Below are positions 59,601 to 64,000 of a DNA stretch of 64,000 bases, piece by piece; position 1 is the stretch's first letter, and every line of letters begins with the position of its first letter. Location: contig CAXXKJ010000002.1 in NCBI GenBank assembly GCA_963675295.2, forward strand, positions 3,840,001 to 3,904,000, given 5' to 3'. The position numbers and the translations under genes are program-made. The DNA is from a bacterium (GTDB lineage Bacteria > Electryoneota > Electryoneia > Electryoneales > Electryoneaceae). A model generated the notes under the pieces. That model did not search any database. It saw nothing but the letters and a program-made list of their open reading frames with translations, and was not told the DNA's origin.

Positions 59601-62600
59601 CTGAAGCGGCGAAGATACAAGATCAGGCAGCTCCGGAAGCGACTCCGGTTGCAAAGTCCGCCAATGGTCAGCCGGCCGCGGCTCCGCAGCCGCATGAGAT
59701 GGCTCCGCAGCAACCGCCAGCGTACGATCCGAGTGGCTACCCGCAGCAACAGCCGATGGTAGATCAGTGGGGCAACCCGTTGCCGCAGCAGCCGGGCTAT
59801 GACCCGTATGCGCAGCCGCAGCAGGCTCCGATGTATGATCCATATGGAAACGGTGGCTTTGATCCGTACACCGGGCAGCCGATCCCACAGCAGCCGTACC
59901 CGGTACAGCAGCAGTTCGACGCGTGGGGCAATCCAATCCCGCAGCCGGGATTTGATCCGTACGCTCCGCCCCCGCCGCCGTATGATCCGTACGCCGCGCA
60001 GATGGGCTATCCGCCCTATCCGCCGCAGCCGATGGTGGATCAATGGGGCAATCCATTGCCGCAGCAGCCGGGATTCGATCCGTACGCACAGCCACCGCAG
60101 CAGCAGTACGACGCCTGGGGCAACCCGATTCCGCAGGACCCGTACAACCCGCAACCGTGGGGACCGGATTTTTTCGTACCAGGCAGTCTGGGGGTTCCAC
60201 CACCTGACCCGTGGGGGTACCAGCCCCAGGCGCCGATGATGTTTGATGCGTATGGTAACCCGCTGCCAGCGGACCCGTACGGCATGATGCCGCCGTATGA
60301 TCCGTATGGCGCGCCGCCGTTTGACCCATACGCACCTCCTCCCCCGCCGGAGATGGGCATGATGCCGCCGTACGATCCGTACGCGCAGCCGATGATGCCG
60401 CCGCAGGGGTTCGATCCGAATGTGTCGCCGGCACCGATGGAGATGCAGGCCCCGCCTGCCCCGGTGATGGAACCGGCTCTGGAAACGGCACCTCCGCAGG
60501 CTGCCGTCGAAGCACCCGCTCCGCCGTCAGCACCGGAAGCCCAGGCTCCGGCCGCTCCCGCACCTGCCGTTCCGGCAAAAGCCGAACCGCAGGCGGATGT
60601 TGAGGCGTTGCGTGAACAGGCGCGTGCGGCGATGAACGCGCACGACATACCGTTCGGCAAGAAGCCGCCGGTATCGCAGGAGATGCTGGACGCGATGCTT
60701 TCCGACCCGTCCAACCCGGACGCGCCGGATCATCTGCTGAAGAAGATCGATCCGCAGGCGTCGTTGAGTGCGCCGAACTACCCGCGTCCGGCTTCGTCAG
60801 AGTTGCCGTTCGAGCAAGCGTACCCGATGCTTGGCAAGGTGGTCAGCAAGGATGAAAACCTGCTCGAATGTGAGCGGCACCTGAACGTCGAAACCGACCT
60901 CGTGCTCAAGTCGCATGCGTTCGGCGGACCGCCCAGCCGTCACCAGAAGCAGCTGCGTCCGATGGCGATTGTACCGTTCGTGATGAGCCTCGAGACGTGC
61001 GCCGAAGCGGCCACGTACCTGATGGACGGCACCAAGCACGTCAAGACGTTCAAGATGATCCGCGGCCACCGTTGGCTGGCGCTGACCGACGGCACGCTCG
61101 ACATCCTGATCAAGGCGAAGAAGCTGAAGGATCTTGAGGACGGCGACACGCTGGTCCGAGTCGAGATTTTCCAGTATCACAAGCACCGGGATGGCCGTGT
61201 CGAACCGCATCTGACGTTCGAAACGATGGCCATTGTCGGCGACAGGGAACACGATCCGGTCGCGCCGATGCCGTTCAAGGTGCCGAATCCGAAGTACTCG
61301 CATTTCACCACCGAGATGCTGTATAACGACGGCATCTTCTACAGCATGAATTATCCGGGCCGGTTCCACGGGCGTCACTTCCGTGCGATCCGGAACATCC
61401 GTCACGTCAGTCCGCACACGATCGAAGTCGATATCGAGGTACCGGACTGGGATGATTTGTTCGCAAACATCCAGGACCCGCAATTCCAGACGGACATTTT
61501 CGTGATGGACGCGGCGGTGTTGCAGGTAGGATTCTACTACACCGAAGTGTACGGGATGGACGCAAACCTCTTCCCGTTCATGATCAAGGAAGCGAGGTTC
61601 TTCGGCGGTCCGCCGCCGAAGGGCCGGAAGCTGATCGGGCGCGCGGTGATGCGTTTGACCGGAATCGGTGACATTGAGCTGGACAGCAACCCGTATTTCA
61701 ACTTCCAGGACAAAGATGGGAATGTCATCTACCAGATGGACGACCATTCGCTGGAAGGCTTCCACTTCCCGCCGGAATACTACAAGGCGGTGATGGTACC
61801 GAACATGGGCTGTCTTGAAGGCACAGTGGACATTATCGACGCCGAAACCGGGCACGTTTACACCCACATCGAAGGCTGGCAGAACAGGTACTTCGACATG
61901 CCGGTGCGGTTTGACACGGTGACGTTGTTCATGCACGACTTCACCCTGTCGGAACCGTGGCTGACGGAGAAGACCGGCCTGCGGATGCGGATCAACGAGC
62001 CGTTCGAGGAAGGCCTGCTCGAGGAATCATGGGGTGTCTGGGGCAGCAAGCTGGCGCACACGACGTTGACTGAGGCGGAGAAGAAACAGTATTACAGCTT
62101 CCCGGAAGGCAACCCGCGCCGTCAAGACTGGCTGATGGGCCGGATCGCGGCGAAGGAGCTGTTGATCGACTGGATCATGAAGGAGACGATCGAAGATCGG
62201 TACAACCCGATCGACATCGAGATCCGGATTGATGAGTACGGAAAGCCGTACGGTGTCTGCACTCCGTTGCCGGAGCTGAAGCTGCCGGACTTCTCGCTGT
62301 CGCATTCGAAGCGATACGCGGTGACGGTTGCCGCGAAGGATCTGGACACCGCCATCGGTATCGATTACGAGTGGCTGGACAGTTTCAACTACGACGACGT
62401 GCTCGCCGGCGGTTTCGCGAAGGAGACGATGGACGAGGTGCGTGCGTTACCGGAAGATCAGCGCACGCGTGCTACCGCCGCGCTCTGGTGCAGCAAAGAA
62501 GCGGTCGCCAAGGCGCTCGGCAGCGGGATGAACTACGAGCCGCGCGAATGGGCGATTGACTCGTACGATCTGACCGCCGGAACGGCGTCCGTGCGCTACC

Positions 62601-63910
62601 GGGACAAGTCGTACGGCACGCGTTTCTGGTTCACCGAAGCCGGTGAAGTGGTTGCGGTCTGCGAACTCAGTGGCCGGACGGTTGCGCGTGAATCCGACGA
62701 CAAGGAGGGTGATTCTCAAGCGCTGACAACCGCGCCATCTGAGCACCACTCCGCCCCATCCGCTGAGCAGTCGCCTGACAGCAACGGTTCATCTGCTCCG
62801 GCCGTCACGGAAGACAGCGCCGCTGTCCAGGATGATGGCATCGACTGGGATGATCCGGATCGTGAACCGACCGAACTGGAAGAACAGCTGATCGAGTTGT
62901 GGGAAGAGCTGCTCGATATCGACGACGTCGGGCTGCACGATGACTTCTTCGAACTCGGCGGTGAGTCAGTGCTGGCGGTACGGCTGATCGGACGCGTCGA
63001 GAAGCTGGTCGGGCGTTCGATTCCAGTGGCGAATTTCCTCAAGACGCGTACCGTCGCACAGATGGCGAAGATCCTCTCGGATGAGGATTGGGCGCCGGAC
63101 TGGTCGTCGCTAGTGCCGTTGCGCGCGACCGGCGAACGGCTGCCGTTGTTCTTCACGCATCCGGTCGGCGGGAACGTGCTCAAGTACCGTGAGCTGATCT
63201 CGTTCATTCCCGAGGAGCAGCCGCTGTATGCGTTGCAAGCGCGCGGTCTGGACGGTGAGGAAGAACCGTTCGACAACGTGCCCGAGATGGCGGAGTATTA
63301 CCTCAAGGGCATCCGTGCCGCGCAGGAAGAAGGACCGTACCTGCTGGCCGGTTTTTCCGGTGGTGGGGTGATCTCGTGGGAGATGGCCTTCCAGCTCGAA
63401 CAGGCCGGTGAAGAGGTCGCGATGCTGGCGTTGTTCGACACGTTTGGTCCAGGGTACTACACGTTCGAGATGGGCGGCAGCCGTCTGCCGCATCAGCTGG
63501 AGACGTTCCTCTGGCGGATCGAACTGCACCTGGAGACGATGGCAACGCTCAGCATGCCGCAGAAGATCGATTACATCAGGCGCAAGCTGAAGCACGGCAA
63601 CCGCAAGGGTCGTGGCGGCTCCGGCGGCACCATTCGCAAGGTCGAAGACATGACCTACGAGGCGGTGCTGAGTTACAAGCCGAAGAAGCTGGAGCATGTA
63701 CCGGTGCACCTGTTCCGTGCCAGCCATCAGCCGAAACAGTCCACCGGCGACGAGCTGCTGAACTGGGGACCGTATGTCGGGAAGGGCAACCTGTCGGTGC
63801 ACCAGGTACACGGCACTCACGGGCACCTGGTCGAACAGCCGCATGTGGACGGTTTGGCGAAGATCCTGAACGAAGTGCTCGACGGGACACACGCCCGGAT
63901 TGGCGGATAG
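56609..63910 (+). CDS. type I PKS subunit 2: KS-AT-low-complexity tract-DH-PPTase-carrier protein-thioesterase
   Basis: KS DAACSAS, EAHGTG, LGHSL; AT GHSTG, AFHT; DH SHAFGG...VP, FHG, MDAAVLQ; PPTase GRIAAKE, GKP, SLSHS, IGIDYE, WCSKEAVAKA; DDFFELGGES; TE GFSGG, GTHG; ATG 56609 after AAGGA. Confidence 0.92.
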   Translation: MSSVKRNPGQQNIAIVGMASVFPKAHDVREYWQNLVDKVDGVTDGVPEWTQHYYDPEMKEVARIYTKKGGFVDRDLPFDPLEFGIMPSQVDGTTPDHFLALKACKDALIDAGYWDGMKSFDKTRTGVILGYGPNANRGNLLAFQHGMVVDQTMAIIKNLLPDMDEQMIYDIRHDIMDGLPMLRPEIVPGFVANVLTGRIANRLDLMGPNYIVDAACSASFISLDASIKELRSGRSDMILAGGVNMSMPPQMMMVFSIIEALTRDIVRPFDKRASGVLLGEGMGIMVLKRLEDAERDDDRIYAVIKGISLASDGKSKGLLAPRFEGEVLAMQRAYEETGIDKHTISLLEAHGTGIPLGDETEVKSIKTVFGDRPEDGLPIGLGGVKSMLGHSLMAAGSAGMIKTVLGLYHKSLPPTLCDEVSPALELETSPVYVNNKIRPWINGQDHPRRAGVNAFGFGGIDGHCIVEEYTGPSGKDRVKLLDKVWPHELLVFHGRSQDDVVEQVNNVIGVIQHPRNFLLKDIAYSLVEHAKGQYGPVRLAVLITDNREDAVKRLKDAIEKIKSGKAERMKGRGGIFFGDKVRDGKMAFIYPGHGAQYPEMFADLCRFFPKVREWFDVMDRLFVKNMGIRPSDALYPKPTVLTDEEREALAKELFTGDYSIAITNYTADAMDELVRDTLGVKPDVMIGHSTGELNAVGSSGYFKKPGKTELDEPTELLVDVFTSFRDELGGYPTGALLAVGAADHKKVEKIIADSKGKLSFVLDNCPNQVLVYGAEEDVLNAKPLFEKAGGICERMPFDRAFHTPEFKLVSEKLAKRFKTDWFDKGHTKLFSATKGDYYPDDPKKVHQWAADLWSEPVMFRGAIEKLYEDGVRIFVEVGANANLTAFVNDTLMGKDYLAVATNNARKGDLDQLNTMLAQLFINGRVPRFEGMYEHREVTLVPVNPAEIEPEKKRPTNQRLVRDVATMRLSDKMMQRLNEKFPHRGLTGAGAAKIIPEAAEAAKIQDQAAPEATPVAKSANGQPAAAPQPHEMAPQQPPAYDPSGYPQQQPMVDQWGNPLPQQPGYDPYAQPQQAPMYDPYGNGGFDPYTGQPIPQQPYPVQQQFDAWGNPIPQPGFDPYAPPPPPYDPYAAQMGYPPYPPQPMVDQWGNPLPQQPGFDPYAQPPQQQYDAWGNPIPQDPYNPQPWGPDFFVPGSLGVPPPDPWGYQPQAPMMFDAYGNPLPADPYGMMPPYDPYGAPPFDPYAPPPPPEMGMMPPYDPYAQPMMPPQGFDPNVSPAPMEMQAPPAPVMEPALETAPPQAAVEAPAPPSAPEAQAPAAPAPAVPAKAEPQADVEALREQARAAMNAHDIPFGKKPPVSQEMLDAMLSDPSNPDAPDHLLKKIDPQASLSAPNYPRPASSELPFEQAYPMLGKVVSKDENLLECERHLNVETDLVLKSHAFGGPPSRHQKQLRPMAIVPFVMSLETCAEAATYLMDGTKHVKTFKMIRGHRWLALTDGTLDILIKAKKLKDLEDGDTLVRVEIFQYHKHRDGRVEPHLTFETMAIVGDREHDPVAPMPFKVPNPKYSHFTTEMLYNDGIFYSMNYPGRFHGRHFRAIRNIRHVSPHTIEVDIEVPDWDDLFANIQDPQFQTDIFVMDAAVLQVGFYYTEVYGMDANLFPFMIKEARFFGGPPPKGRKLIGRAVMRLTGIGDIELDSNPYFNFQDKDGNVIYQMDDHSLEGFHFPPEYYKAVMVPNMGCLEGTVDIIDAETGHVYTHIEGWQNRYFDMPVRFDTVTLFMHDFTLSEPWLTEKTGLRMRINEPFEEGLLEESWGVWGSKLAHTTLTEAEKKQYYSFPEGNPRRQDWLMGRIAAKELLIDWIMKETIEDRYNPIDIEIRIDEYGKPYGVCTPLPELKLPDFSLSHSKRYAVTVAAKDLDTAIGIDYEWLDSFNYDDVLAGGFAKETMDEVRALPEDQRTRATAALWCSKEAVAKALGSGMNYEPREWAIDSYDLTAGTASVRYRDKSYGTRFWFTEAGEVVAVCELSGRTVARESDDKEGDSQALTTAPSEHHSAPSAEQSPDSNGSSAPAVTEDSAAVQDDGIDWDDPDREPTELEEQLIELWEELLDIDDVGLHDDFFELGGESVLAVRLIGRVEKLVGRSIPVANFLKTRTVAQMAKILSDEDWAPDWSSLVPLRATGERLPLFFTHPVGGNVLKYRELISFIPEEQPLYALQARGLDGEEEPFDNVPEMAEYYLKGIRAAQEEGPYLLAGFSGGGVISWEMAFQLEQAGEEVAMLALFDTFGPGYYTFEMGGSRLPHQLETFLWRIELHLETMATLSMPQKIDYIRRKLKHGNRKGRGGSGGTIRKVEDMTYEAVLSYKPKKLEHVPVHLFRASHQPKQSTGDELLNWGPYVGKGNLSVHQVHGTHGHLVEQPHVDGLAKILNEVLDGTHARIGG

Positions 63911-64000
63911 GGTCAGGCTCGGCGCTCTGGACAGATATGTGGCCGTGTTAAAAATTTGCAGACGCGGACCTGGTTCTGGTTACTCAACTTGCCGGATCAG

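Noticed and set aside
56615-60154. 1179-aa minus-strand ORF and other long antisense ORFs (4250..5893, 36368..37774, 49481..51175, 54410..56326)
   Set aside because: They are shadows of high-GC3 genes on the opposite strand, with no motifs and Arg/His/Val-rich composition.
56609-63910. Enediyne PKSE or NRPS call
   Set aside because: No KR or ACP between AT and DH as in PKSE, an ER is present in the partner subunit, and there are no condensation or adenylation domains.

Overview
GC-rich bacterial chromosomal segment with about 42 genes and no rRNA, tRNA or CRISPR array that I can support. T9SS type-A sorting domains plus a DUF4835/PorD gene point to an FCB-superphylum organism (inference). 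The first 40 kb holds housekeeping and accessory genes: a POT-like MFS transporter, a sigma54 activator coupled to an IrrE/ImmA peptidase, a GT9, a glutamate dehydrogenase homologue lacking its catalytic Lys, a sigma54-promoted Hsp20, a PAS-HisKA protein without an ATPase domain, an AlgI/AlgJ-like pair, an M3 peptidase, an AT-rich tcmP gene with DUF5131, a split biotin carboxylase alpha subunit and six secreted repeat (propeller-like) proteins. Intergenic regions carry several REP-like and heptamer repeat families. 40-47.6 kb is a surface polysaccharide/sugar locus. The main highlight is 48.3-63.9 kb: a two-gene Pfa-like type I PKS/FAS with architectures ER'-ER-KS-AT-[GYPQ tract]-ACP-ACP-KR and KS-AT-[DPY/DxWGNP tract]-DH-PPTase-carrier-TE. 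It appears self-priming and self-releasing, and each subunit carries a long Tyr-rich, prion-like low-complexity insert at the same position. All domain calls come from motif reading; no database searches were run.
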